A stretch of DNA of 33,705 nt, from positions 1-33,705 of IMG/VR virus record IMGVR_UViG_3300032305_000087; one strand, 5' to 3'. A program made the position numbers and the translations under genes. Shown piece after piece: positions 17,721 through 26,528 of this stretch; position 1 is the first letter of the stretch, and the number at the start of each line of letters is the position of its first letter. The notes under the pieces are model-generated. The model searched no databases. It saw nothing but the letters and a program-made list of their open reading frames with translations, and was not told the DNA's origin. The DNA comes from a virus (taxonomy: Duplodnaviria; Caudoviricetes).

Positions 17721-19834
17721 TGTCCACTTTTGAAGTCAAGGTCGGAGATGCCACCTACGAAGTTGATGCGCCTGATGAAAAAACAGCATGGAAAATGGCA
17801 AATGAAGCGCACACAGCGCCGCCAGTAGCACAACCAGTGGCGCAACAACCTGTTGCAAAGCCAGCAACGCCAAACGAAGTCATTGACAGCCTGATTAAGC
17901 AAACTTCAAGTGGCACGGGGGTTCAGGGCGTACTGATGGGCGTTAAAGACCCATTAAACGCTGCTGCACAACTTGTTTCCCGTTCAGTGCCGGAGTCTGT
18001 AAACACAGCCTTAGACTACATTCCTGAAAAATTACGCTCAAGCAACATGCCGCTTGTCAAGGCGCTGGCACAGAAATTTTTGGCAGACCCAAGGCCACAA
18101 GCAATAGATGCTCAAATTCGTGCTCAAGAACAGCAATACCAACAAGAGCGCCAGCAAGCCGGTGAGTCTGGTTTTGATTTGCCGCGCATGGTGGGCAATG
18201 TTGGCCCATTGACGGCGGCTGGCGTGGGAACATTGCCGGTAGCAGCGGTTAAAACGTTTCCCAGATTGTTTACTTCATCTGCATTGATGGGCGGCGCTAC
18301 AAGTCAATTGACCCCTGCCATTACAAAAGAAGAGCAAGCCAACTTTCCTGAGACAAAAACTAGCCAAGGCAAAATGGGCATGATGCTTGGGCCAGCAGGC
18401 ACAATAGCGGGTAAATATGCTGGTGCGGTAGGCAGCAACATTGCTCAAAGGTTTGATGCGCCAGAATCGGTTGCGTCAGCGGCAAAAATGAAGTTGGCTG
18501 AATTGCTAGCCAAAAGCGGCGTGGGCAATGTTTTTCAATCGGGCGGCGGCAATCCATTGGCGCAAATTGAGGCAAGGCTGGCAAGCACAGGGCCAAATGC
18601 CACCATTGCGGTTGCGGGGCGTGACAGAACGCTGGCAGAGCTGGACAAACTTGCCACCTTGCCTGGTCAAGCCAAAACCCTAGTCGAGCAATTTATCCGT
18701 GACCAGCAATCCAAACGCGCAGGGCGACTTACTGCAACGGCTGATGAAGCGCTGGGTACTGGCGGCAAAACTTACACTGGCGCAATTGGTGATTTGATTG
18801 AGCAAAAAAGAACACAAGCAGGGCCGCTGTACGACCAGCTAAAGGGGCTTTCTGTCAAAGTTGATGATGACCTAGCCTCTTTAATTCAAGCGTCTAAAAC
18901 AGCGCATGGCGGGGCTGAGCTGCTGGCTGAATTAAAACGCTCAACGCCTATAGACCTATCCAAAATCAAAAAAGGTGACGATATACCTTTTGATGCATTG
19001 GACAAAGTAAAACAAGCTCTTTACACCTTAGAAGTAAATTCCAAAAAAGATTTTAAAAGTACGCCTGTAAGCAGCGCATACGGAGATTTACGGGTTGCTT
19101 TAACAAAAAAAATGGATGCCATAAGCCCTAAAAATGAGGCGGGGTCAATTTATAAGCAAGCCAGAAATGCGTTTGAAGGCCCAAGCCAGCTTGAGGAAGC
19201 GGTAAGAGTCGGGCGAATGGCGTTAAAAGATGACGCAATCAAAACAGCTGAATTTATGCGCGGCATGAGCCAAGGCGAAATTGAAGCGTATCGGGTTGGC
19301 GTTTTACAGGCTCTAAAAGACAAAGTAGGCACTGAAGGAGGGCAAACTTCATTGCTTAAAATGTGGCGCGAGACAAAAACAAGCAATGCTTTAAAAGAGG
19401 CTTTTGGCAACGACTACCGACAATTTGCTGCTGATGTTGCGCGTGAGGGTCGGCTAAAAACTATTGAGGGCGTAGGTCGCGGGTCGCAAACGGCATCAAG
19501 GCTTGCGGCAATAGAGGGCGATAATTTAGATACGGCTGTTCAGGCAGGCCAGGCGGCAATGTCTGCGACATCGGGCAACCCATTTCCAGCGTTAGGCACT
19601 TTTGGCAAGCTAATTAACAAGGCAAGCACACCAGAAGCAACTCGCAATGAATTGGCTAGACTACTGTTGCAACAAGGCCCAGCGGCGCAAAGAACAATAC
19701 GGGAGCTGCCTGCTGACATTGAATTTATCAATAAACAAATGGCTAAAAATGCTGCATTGGCTAACGCATTGGCGCAACAACAAAATCAGCCAAACCGAAT
19801 CCAGTTAAACAACATGGCTCCCAACAGGCCGTAA
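17720..19834 (+). CDS. Large ejection (DNA transfer) protein
   Basis: 704 aa Ala-rich helical protein with glycine-zipper-like segments; last gene before the tail fibres. Confidence 0.6.
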   Translation: MSTFEVKVGDATYEVDAPDEKTAWKMANEAHTAPPVAQPVAQQPVAKPATPNEVIDSLIKQTSSGTGVQGVLMGVKDPLNAAAQLVSRSVPESVNTALDYIPEKLRSSNMPLVKALAQKFLADPRPQAIDAQIRAQEQQYQQERQQAGESGFDLPRMVGNVGPLTAAGVGTLPVAAVKTFPRLFTSSALMGGATSQLTPAITKEEQANFPETKTSQGKMGMMLGPAGTIAGKYAGAVGSNIAQRFDAPESVASAAKMKLAELLAKSGVGNVFQSGGGNPLAQIEARLASTGPNATIAVAGRDRTLAELDKLATLPGQAKTLVEQFIRDQQSKRAGRLTATADEALGTGGKTYTGAIGDLIEQKRTQAGPLYDQLKGLSVKVDDDLASLIQASKTAHGGAELLAELKRSTPIDLSKIKKGDDIPFDALDKVKQALYTLEVNSKKDFKSTPVSSAYGDLRVALTKKMDAISPKNEAGSIYKQARNAFEGPSQLEEAVRVGRMALKDDAIKTAEFMRGMSQGEIEAYRVGVLQALKDKVGTEGGQTSLLKMWRETKTSNALKEAFGNDYRQFAADVAREGRLKTIEGVGRGSQTASRLAAIEGDNLDTAVQAGQAAMSATSGNPFPALGTFGKLINKASTPEATRNELARLLLQQGPAAQRTIRELPADIEFINKQMAKNAALANALAQQQNQPNRIQLNNMAPNRP

Positions 19835-19848
19835 ATTAAGGACACAAA

Positions 19849-20664
19849 ATGAGTTACAACGGCTCTGGCACATTTGTCATCAACACTGCTGGTCAGCCGG
19901 TAGTCACTGGCACATCCATTTCCAGCTCAGTGTTTAATGCGCTGACTGCTGACTTGGCAACTGGTCTGAGCACTGCCATCACAAAGGACGGGCAGACTGC
20001 TACAACAGCACGGATTCCGTTTGTTTTTGGCATCAATTCAAGCCTTACAACTGATTCAACCAGCGGCACAACGGGATCAATTATTACGGCTGGCGGTATT
20101 GGTGTTGCCAAGTCTGTTGTGGTTGCTGGCGCTACAGACGCATCTAGCACGACCACGGGCGCAATCATTACAGCGGGTGGTGTAGGTGTAGCCAAGGCTC
20201 TTTATGCTGGTGGTGATTCGTATTTCACCAGCACGGGCGCTGTGCAGATTTCAAAGGGAACGACAGCAGAGCGACCCACGGGCGTTACGGGCAAGTTGAG
20301 GTTCAACACTACCACTGGTGAGTTTGAGGGCTACACGGGCGCTGCCTGGGCTTCTGTGGGCGGCTCTGCAATTGTCAACGACACAAGCACAGCGACAAAC
20401 ATCTACCCGCTGATGGCAAGTGCTACAAGCGGCACGGCTGCGACAGTTAACACCAGCAATGCCAAACTGCTTTACAAGCCTTCTACGGGTGAGTTTCAAT
20501 CAACAGCACTGGTGGCCTCAAACGGCATTGTGGTGAACAGCGCAACGATTGCAACAAATTACACTATTGCAACGGGCAACAACGCAATGAGCGCAGGGCC
20601 GGTGACAATCAACACAAGCATCACAGTTACAGTCTCCAGCGGCTCTCGCTGGGCTGTTGTTTAA
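19849..20664 (+). CDS. Proximal tail fibre protein
   Basis: MSYNGSGTF...ADLATGLSTAITKDGQT attachment-type N-terminus; GTTAERP..G.LRFNTT..EFEGY motif; internal repeat. Confidence 0.75.
   Translation: MSYNGSGTFVINTAGQPVVTGTSISSSVFNALTADLATGLSTAITKDGQTATTARIPFVFGINSSLTTDSTSGTTGSIITAGGIGVAKSVVVAGATDASSTTTGAIITAGGVGVAKALYAGGDSYFTSTGAVQISKGTTAERPTGVTGKLRFNTTTGEFEGYTGAAWASVGGSAIVNDTSTATNIYPLMASATSGTAATVNTSNAKLLYKPSTGEFQSTALVASNGIVVNSATIATNYTIATGNNAMSAGPVTINTSITVTVSSGSRWAVV
20047..20214 (+). repeat. Two degenerate 84-bp (28-aa) tandem units in the tail fibre gene
   Basis: TTDSTSGTTGSIITAGGIGVAKSVVVAG followed by ATDASSTTTGAIITAGGVGVAKALYAGG. Confidence 0.85.
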
Positions 20665-20673
20665 GGACGCAAA

Positions 20674-21594
20674 ATGACTTTAATTTTAAGTGGCACTGAG
20701 GGTCTTTCTGATATTGACGGATCGGCAGCGACCCCTGCTATTCGTGGCACTGATGCCAACACCGGCATCTTCTTCCCAGCGGCTGACACCATTGCTTTTG
20801 CTGAAGGCGGTGCGGAGGCTGTCAGGATTGATAGCTCTGGCAATGTGGGCATTGGGACGAGTAGTCCCTTAAATTTTACGAATTACACAACACTTACTTT
20901 AAATAACGCTAGTGCTGGTGGTGTTTACGCTATCAACAATAACGGCACAAATGTGGCTCAATTTTCTGGTGATGGGTCTGCTGTTGCTTTATTTGGCCTA
21001 ACAGCCATACCAATGACATTTAGTACGAACAGCACAGAACGCGCCCGTATCGACTCCAGCGGTAACTTGCTGGTGGGGACTACGACTAGCCTTGCAAACG
21101 GCGCAACAATAAGCGGTGGTGCTGGCCCACAACTTTCACTAAATACAACCACAAGATTTACGCAATTAAATTTTTATAACACAGGAAGTCAAAAAGGTTT
21201 TGTTTCTTTTGACAATACGGACACTAGGTTAATTATTCAGAATGCTAGTGCTGGTGTTTACTTGTCATCTGGTGCAACATCTTGGACATCAAATTCTGAT
21301 GAGCGAAAAAAAGACATCATTGAGCCGATTGAAAACGCGACTCAGAAACTTTCAAGCCTTCGCACAGTAATTGGTAAATACAAGACTGATGCAGATGGAG
21401 TCCGAAGAAGTTTCTTGATTGCCCAAGATGTCCTTGCCGTTTTCCCAGAAGCGGTAGACGCAGCGAATGCAGAAGATTTGGGTGTTGCATACGCCGATTT
21501 GATTCCGGTGCTTGTTAAAGCAATCCAAGAGCAACAAGCCCTCATCACAGCCCTGACAACCCGCATCACCGCACTTGAAGGAGCAGCAGCATGA
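20674..21594 (+). CDS. Tail fibre protein with C-terminal peptidase S74 intramolecular chaperone
   Basis: Two RIDSSGN repeats, then SDERKKDI...LIAQDV..VFPEAV...LVKAIQE and a terminal coiled coil. Confidence 0.85.
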   Translation: MTLILSGTEGLSDIDGSAATPAIRGTDANTGIFFPAADTIAFAEGGAEAVRIDSSGNVGIGTSSPLNFTNYTTLTLNNASAGGVYAINNNGTNVAQFSGDGSAVALFGLTAIPMTFSTNSTERARIDSSGNLLVGTTTSLANGATISGGAGPQLSLNTTTRFTQLNFYNTGSQKGFVSFDNTDTRLIIQNASAGVYLSSGATSWTSNSDERKKDIIEPIENATQKLSSLRTVIGKYKTDADGVRRSFLIAQDVLAVFPEAVDAANAEDLGVAYADLIPVLVKAIQEQQALITALTTRITALEGAAA

Positions 21595-22157
21595 GCAGCA
21601 TTGCAGTAACGGCCTCGGCAACCGGCACGGGTACAGTGTCTTTGGTTGCCCCTGTCACAAACTCAGATCGCACAATCACTTTGCCTGATGCTACGGGCAC
21701 TGTGCTGACTAACGCAACAACTACAGGCTTTCCAGCTGGTAGTGTGTTGCAGGTGGTGAGTGCCAGTACTTCTACTCAGTTTACAACCACCTCAACCTCA
21801 TATGTTGATGTTACGGGGTTTACTGCTTCAATAACGCCATCGTCAACAAGCTCAAAAATCCTAGTTATTTTTAGTTCTGCTTTATCAAATTCATCTGGTT
21901 CAAATGCTAACACCCGTGGAACTATAAAGCTAGTAAGAGCCTCAACTGACATTGTTGATTCTTTAGTTGGTGCGTTTCTGGATGGTACGGGTGGTACAGA
22001 TTTAAATAATTACCACACAGCCTCATTTGCAACTTTAGATTCGCCTTCTAGCGCATCTTCTGTAATTTACAAAATACAATTGAAATCAGATGCCGCTGCT
22101 AATACGATTAGGTGTTCAGTGCCTTCAATTATTACTCTCATGGAGATTGCAGCATGA
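21591..22157 (+). CDS. Tail fibre-like protein
   Basis: RTITLPDATGT, GSVLQVV, ITPSSTSSKILV and ITLMEIA motifs. Confidence 0.7.
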   Translation: MSSIAVTASATGTGTVSLVAPVTNSDRTITLPDATGTVLTNATTTGFPAGSVLQVVSASTSTQFTTTSTSYVDVTGFTASITPSSTSSKILVIFSSALSNSSGSNANTRGTIKLVRASTDIVDSLVGAFLDGTGGTDLNNYHTASFATLDSPSSASSVIYKIQLKSDAAANTIRCSVPSIITLMEIAA

Positions 22158-22438
22158 ACACAGTAGACGCACTCCAATCCCTGCGCCCTAACGCCCAGTG
22201 GGTTCTTCGTGGTGACAGCCTTGAGTGGCTGGACACTGTACAGACGCAGCCGACTGAAGCTGAAATCACTGCTGAGATTGCTCGCCTACAAGCCGAGTAC
22301 GATGCCAAGCTATACCAACGCCAACGCGCTGCTGCCTACCCATCAATCGCTGACCAGCTTGATCTGCTCTACCACGGCGGCATGGACGCATGGAAGGCCG
22401 CAATCACAGCAGTTAAAACTGAATTTCCAAAGGTGTAA
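22154..22438 (+). CDS. Small tail-associated protein, possibly a fibre assembly chaperone
   Basis: ATGA-coupled start at 22154; LRPNAQW and YQRQRAAAYPSIADQLDLLYH motifs. Confidence 0.65.
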   Translation: MNTVDALQSLRPNAQWVLRGDSLEWLDTVQTQPTEAEITAEIARLQAEYDAKLYQRQRAAAYPSIADQLDLLYHGGMDAWKAAITAVKTEFPKV

Positions 22439-22440
22439 AA

Positions 22441-22995
22441 ATGGCTAACGGAACAATTGCAGCAAGCCAGCTTGAGATGCTGTCCCTGAGCGGGACGGGC
22501 ATCATCACCATCACGCCACCGGCTACCAACACGAACAGGGCGATCACTCTGCCTGACGCAGCGGGTGCGCTTGTTGTGTCTGGCACAACCCCGAGCTTGA
22601 ACGGCATCACCTTCCCTGCTACGCAAGTCCCAAGCGCTGATGCAAACACGCTGGACGATTACGAAGAAGGCACTTGGACACCAAACCAAGGCGCTGGCTT
22701 AACTGTTGTTGGTGCTTTTTCTTCTTCGGGATTTTATACAAAAACAGGTCGTTCAGTAACAGTTATTGGCGTAGTCACCGGCGCTACATCTATAACCACA
22801 TCTGGGTCGGGAATTGTTTGTACTAGCTTGCCTTTTACAGTTTTATCTGGTGCAAGCGCGACTGGTGTTATGACAAACACTGCCACTAACAATTCAAATT
22901 TGTATTTAAACCCGGGAACGACAACCATGTATTCGTCTACTGCTACCGGCGCATCAGGTAGCCTGTATTTTTCAGTTACCTATTTTACTTCTTAA
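22441..22995 (+). CDS. Tail fibre-like protein
   Basis: RAITLPDAAG and ANTLDDYEEGTWTP...YTKTGRSV motifs. Confidence 0.7.
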   Translation: MANGTIAASQLEMLSLSGTGIITITPPATNTNRAITLPDAAGALVVSGTTPSLNGITFPATQVPSADANTLDDYEEGTWTPNQGAGLTVVGAFSSSGFYTKTGRSVTVIGVVTGATSITTSGSGIVCTSLPFTVLSGASATGVMTNTATNNSNLYLNPGTTTMYSSTATGASGSLYFSVTYFTS

Positions 22996-23005
22996 GGAAA
23001 ACATT

Positions 23006-23257
23006 GTGGCACTTACTAAAACAACCAATGTAGACCAGATCACTGTCACTGAAAACGGCATTGTTCTCTACCGTGAAGCAACACGCATCATGGAAGACGG
23101 CAATCAAATCAGCCAGACCTTTCACCGCACAAGCCTGACACCAGCGCAAGACCTGACAGGTCAGCCAGCCAATGTCGTAGCTATCTGCAATACGGCATGG
23201 ACTGCTGAAGTGGTTGCGGCGTATCAGGCTCAAGTAGCGGCTCAAGCAATGCCATGA
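23006..23257 (+). CDS. Hypothetical protein accompanying the tail fibre gene
   Basis: AAGGA RBS with GTG start; ATGA-coupled to the next gene. Confidence 0.7.
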   Translation: MALTKTTNVDQITVTENGIVLYREATRIMEDGNQISQTFHRTSLTPAQDLTGQPANVVAICNTAWTAEVVAAYQAQVAAQAMP

Positions 23258-23454
23258 ACCAGATTGACGCAACAGACGCTCGGCTTGCCACGCATGAGGA
23301 AGTCTGTGCGCTGCGCTACGAGGCGATCCAGAAATCGTTTGAGTCGGGCAGCAAACGCATGTCTCGCATTGAATACATCTTATATGCGCTGATTGCTGTC
23401 ACGCTGCTTGGCCCAGGCTTTGCTGCTGAACTGTTGAAAAAAATCCTGATGTAG
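23254..23454 (+). CDS. Small membrane protein (coiled coil plus C-terminal TM) at the start of the lysis region
   Basis: HEEVCALRY motif and hydrophobic ILYALIAVTLLG segment. Confidence 0.7.
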   Translation: MNQIDATDARLATHEEVCALRYEAIQKSFESGSKRMSRIEYILYALIAVTLLGPGFAAELLKKILM

Positions 23455-23456
23455 TC

Positions 23457-23606
23457 ATGGAAGCGCTGCCGCCACCACCGCCAGCAGCCAAGTCGCCCAT
23501 CTTTGAGTGCATCAAGTGGACATGGACACCTGACCGGCTGCTGGTCTGGTGCTTGAAGTGGCGGGAGCGAGGCAAGCCTGAATCTAAGAAGGTAGCTGAA
23601 AATTGA
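23457..23606 (+). CDS. 49-aa Pro/Cys/Trp-rich peptide (below the ORF track cutoff)
   Basis: MEALPPPPPAAKSPIFECIKWTWTPDRLLVWCLKWRERGKPESKKVAEN; fills the gap exactly and its stop overlaps the next TTG start. Confidence 0.6.
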   Translation: MEALPPPPPAAKSPIFECIKWTWTPDRLLVWCLKWRERGKPESKKVAEN

Positions 23607-24097
23607 TTGACCAAGAAACAGTTCAAAAGTTGTTTTACTATCATGCTGAAAGCGGTATGCTCATTTGGCGTTTTGGTAATGGGCGCAATGTTAAGCCTTG
23701 GCAAGAAGTTAAAGCCCTAAATGGTCATGGGTACTATTCCGCAAAAATACAAGGCAAATCTTATTTAGCACACCGACTTATATGGCTTTATGTTCATGGA
23801 AAATTTCCAGATAAATACATAGACCATAAAAACAGAATTAGAAACGACAACAGATTGTGCAATTTGCGTGATGTAAATACGACAGATAACGCACAAAATA
23901 TTTCATTGCCGAACCACAATACAAGTGGTCATATTGGCGTGTCATGGCTAAAGACTCATAAAAGTTGGACTGTTTACATCAAGGTTGACGGAAAAAATAA
24001 GTGGCTTGGTTATTACAAAGACTTGGAACAGGCTGTAGCTGCTAGAAAAGCTGGTGAGGCCAAGTATTACAACTTGCCGGAGACCGAAAATTATTGA
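23603..24097 (+). CDS. HNH homing endonuclease with C-terminal AP2-like domain
   Basis: YLAHRLIW, IDHKNRIRNDNRLCNLR, NTSGHIGVSW, WLGYY..LEQAVAARK; visibly AT-richer than its neighbours. Confidence 0.9.
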   Translation: MIDQETVQKLFYYHAESGMLIWRFGNGRNVKPWQEVKALNGHGYYSAKIQGKSYLAHRLIWLYVHGKFPDKYIDHKNRIRNDNRLCNLRDVNTTDNAQNISLPNHNTSGHIGVSWLKTHKSWTVYIKVDGKNKWLGYYKDLEQAVAARKAGEAKYYNLPETENY

Positions 24098-24566
24098 TCC
24101 ACTCACGGCCCTTGCGACCCTACAAACCACCATTACGCTTGTAAAAAAAGCGGCACAAGTCGCTAACGATCTTGGCGGTTTGGGGGTTGTGATTGGGCGT
24201 TTGTTTGACGCTAAAAGTCAGGCAACAAAATCGATGGTTGAGTGTAAGCGGTCAGGCAACAAGTCTAATTTTAGCGTGGCAATGCAGCTAGAAAACTTGT
24301 TGATGGAAACGGCTAAGCTGGAATCACAGCTTGAACTTTTGTATATGCAAACAGGCAATATTTTGGTGTGGAACAAGATTAAAGCTAGGGCCGCTGAAAT
24401 GGACAGAGAAGATGCCCATGATGTTCGCAAAGAAAAAGAAGCTGCTGCTAGGCGCAAAAAAGAAACAGATGAGGCCATCGAACTTACGCTGATGGCGGTC
24501 ATCTTTTTCAGCTTGGTAGGGGTGATCTTGTATTTCACCATTGGCATCCTTGAGCAGCAAAGATGA
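24054..24566 (+). CDS. Hypothetical protein with C-terminal TM; true start probably near 24090-24093
   Basis: IDPLTALA N-terminal motif, coiled coil, hydrophobic LTLMAVIFFSLVGVILYF; GGAG at 24079-24082 precedes ATT codons. Confidence 0.7.
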   Translation: MRPSITTCRRPKIIDPLTALATLQTTITLVKKAAQVANDLGGLGVVIGRLFDAKSQATKSMVECKRSGNKSNFSVAMQLENLLMETAKLESQLELLYMQTGNILVWNKIKARAAEMDREDAHDVRKEKEAAARRKKETDEAIELTLMAVIFFSLVGVILYFTIGILEQQR

Positions 24567-25171
24567 GCGCTGAACACTTAAGCATGGTTGACAAGGTGCT
24601 GGCATACGTCAGTTCACCGTTCCGGTTGTTCGCAGCCGTGTTAATGGCGGTCTTAACATTTGCAGGCTATTTTGTATATACAAACCAAGAACTGTTGATT
24701 GGCGCTTACAAGGAATCCAAAAAAATTCCGTCCATTGCAGAAGATCGGGTTGAGGATGCGGCGGCGCATCTGTTTAAGCAGTCCGGTGCGCTGGTGGTGG
24801 CGGTGTTTAAAGTCAACAGTATGTTTGGCACTCGCGTCTTGTATCGCGCTTATGGCAAAAACGGCAGGGACAAGACCAATGACGGGCTGGATGTTGGCCT
24901 GTTTACCCAGAACGCTGCCAACAACAGTGATGTAGTAAAGCTGATGGCAAACGAGATTCCATGCGGAGAATATCGTTCTGCACAAAGTGAAATGGGGCTT
25001 TGGTATATTGCACGGGGTGTAGCCTACACATGCCGCATTTCAGTGCCGCCTGAGCCTGGCCGGTTTGTAGGACAGATCACAGTCGGATGGGCAGCAGAGC
25101 CAGCAGACATGGAGAGCACCCGTGCCATGCTACAAATTGCAGCAACAATGCTTTCAAGGAGTAAACAGTAA
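24563..25171 (+). CDS. Single-TM membrane protein resembling T4 holin T (periplasmic GAF-like domain)
   Basis: One N-terminal TM followed by AYKESK, SGALVVAVF, FVGQITVGW and AATMLSRSK, collinear with T4 T segments recalled from memory. Confidence 0.55.
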   Translation: MSAEHLSMVDKVLAYVSSPFRLFAAVLMAVLTFAGYFVYTNQELLIGAYKESKKIPSIAEDRVEDAAAHLFKQSGALVVAVFKVNSMFGTRVLYRAYGKNGRDKTNDGLDVGLFTQNAANNSDVVKLMANEIPCGEYRSAQSEMGLWYIARGVAYTCRISVPPEPGRFVGQITVGWAAEPADMESTRAMLQIAATMLSRSKQ

Positions 25172-25668
25172 TGGATTGGCTTAAACAAATTGCGCCCACA
25201 ATCGCTACGGCAATGGGTGGCCCACTAGCAGGCATGGCAGTGTCGGCCATCTCCAAGGCTATCGGTGTTGACCCTGACAAGGTGGGCGACCTGATCTCCA
25301 ACAACAAGCTGACAGCAGAGCAAATTGCTCAGGTCAAGATTGCAGAGATTGAACTGCAAAAGCAAGCGCAAGAACTTGGCCTAAACTTTGAAAAGCTGTC
25401 CGTAGAAGATCGCAAGTCTGCGCGTGACATGCAAGCAGCAACAAGATCAATCGTGCCGCCTGCGCTGGCTGCAATCGTCACTGTTGGCTTTTTTGGTATC
25501 CTCGGCATGATGCTGTTTGGCAAGGTCGATAGCGGCAACCCAGCAATTCTGATGATGCTGGGGTCACTTGGCACTGCTTGGACGGGCATCATTGCTTACT
25601 ATTTTGGCTCATCTGCTGGCTCACAAGCTAAGACAGATTTGCTTTCTAAAGCCCCTGCAATCAAATGA
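25171..25668 (+). CDS. Holin (GTA 3TM holin-like)
   Basis: IAPTIATAMGGP, EDRKSARDMQ, two hydrophobic helices, YYFGSS motif. Confidence 0.7.
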   Translation: MDWLKQIAPTIATAMGGPLAGMAVSAISKAIGVDPDKVGDLISNNKLTAEQIAQVKIAEIELQKQAQELGLNFEKLSVEDRKSARDMQAATRSIVPPALAAIVTVGFFGILGMMLFGKVDSGNPAILMMLGSLGTAWTGIIAYYFGSSAGSQAKTDLLSKAPAIK

Positions 25669-25678
25669 AGGAGATGAT

Positions 25679-25837
25679 ATGAAACTAGAAGGACTGTACG
25701 CAAACATTCACGCCAAGCGTGAGCGCATTAAAGCTGGCTCTGGCGAGACAATGAGGAAGCCTGGCACTGAGGGCGCACCTACCGCCAAAGCATTTAAAGA
25801 GTCTGCCAAGACCGCAAAGCCTGAGAAGAAAAAATGA
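25679..25837 (+). CDS. Small basic hypothetical protein
   Basis: AAGGAG RBS before ATG 25679; GLYANIHAKRERI...GAPTAKAFKESAKTAK. Confidence 0.7.
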   Translation: MKLEGLYANIHAKRERIKAGSGETMRKPGTEGAPTAKAFKESAKTAKPEKKK

Positions 25838-26121
25838 GTGCGGCTTGGCAACGCAAGGAAGGTAAGAACCCTGAAGGCGGTTTAAACGCCAAGGGACGCG
25901 CCTCAGCAAAGGCAGAAGGCATGAACCTCAAGCCTCCGGTGAAAAGCGGCGACAACCCTCGCAGAGCATCCTTTTTAGCCCGTATGGGCGCAATGCCTGG
26001 CCCTATGGAAAAGAACGGAGAACCCACCCGTTTAGCTTTATCGCTAAAGGCATGGGGTGCTTCTTCCAAGGAAGATGCTAGACAAACAGCAAAGGCGATA
26101 TCTGCAAGGAATAAGAAATGA
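25834..26121 (+). CDS. Basic phage protein (DUF6321-like)
   Basis: AWQRKEGKNPEGGLNAKGRAS and RRASFLARMG motifs; coupled on both sides. Confidence 0.65.
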   Translation: MSAAWQRKEGKNPEGGLNAKGRASAKAEGMNLKPPVKSGDNPRRASFLARMGAMPGPMEKNGEPTRLALSLKAWGASSKEDARQTAKAISARNKK

Positions 26122-26528
26122 CTCCGCACTTTACGCTGGCAGAGCTGACGGCCACAAGCCACAGGCAATTTGACAACACGCCAAACGAGGAAGAAACTGC
26201 CAATCTGCAAAAGCTGGCTGAGTTTTTGGAACGGGTCAAAGAAGCGCTAGACGGCAAGCCAATCATGATTAACAGCGCTTTCCGGTCAAAGCAAGTCAAC
26301 GACTCTGTAGGTAGCAAAGACACAAGCCAGCACCGGACGGGTTGCGCTGCTGATTTTAAAGTGCCAGGCATGACCCCAGACGCTGTGGTGAGGGCAATCA
26401 TTGCGGCTGGCTTGCCCTACGACCAGATCATCCGTGAGTTTGACGCATGGACACACATCAGCATCAGCGACACACCTCGCAGGCAAGCGCTAATCATTGA
26501 CAAGCAAGGCGTGCGGCCTTTCGCTTAA
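26118..26528 (+). CDS. Endolysin, peptidase M15A family
   Basis: HFTLAEL, INSAFRS, SQH..G.AAD and WTHIS zinc-peptidase motifs. Confidence 0.88.
   Translation: MTPHFTLAELTATSHRQFDNTPNEEETANLQKLAEFLERVKEALDGKPIMINSAFRSKQVNDSVGSKDTSQHRTGCAADFKVPGMTPDAVVRAIIAAGLPYDQIIREFDAWTHISISDTPRRQALIIDKQGVRPFA

Noticed and set aside
19849-22995. Diversity-generating retroelement or invertible tail cassette
   Set aside because: No reverse transcriptase or invertase in the window, and the repeats differ at synonymous positions rather than only at adenines
23603-24097. Group I intron around the HNH gene
   Set aside because: The HNH ORF overlaps its neighbours on both sides, leaving no room for ribozyme core sequence
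471-26486. Numerous 60-200 aa ORFs antisense or out of frame within the structural operon
   Set aside because: They overlap well-supported, tightly coupled genes and show no recognisable motifs; shadow ORFs
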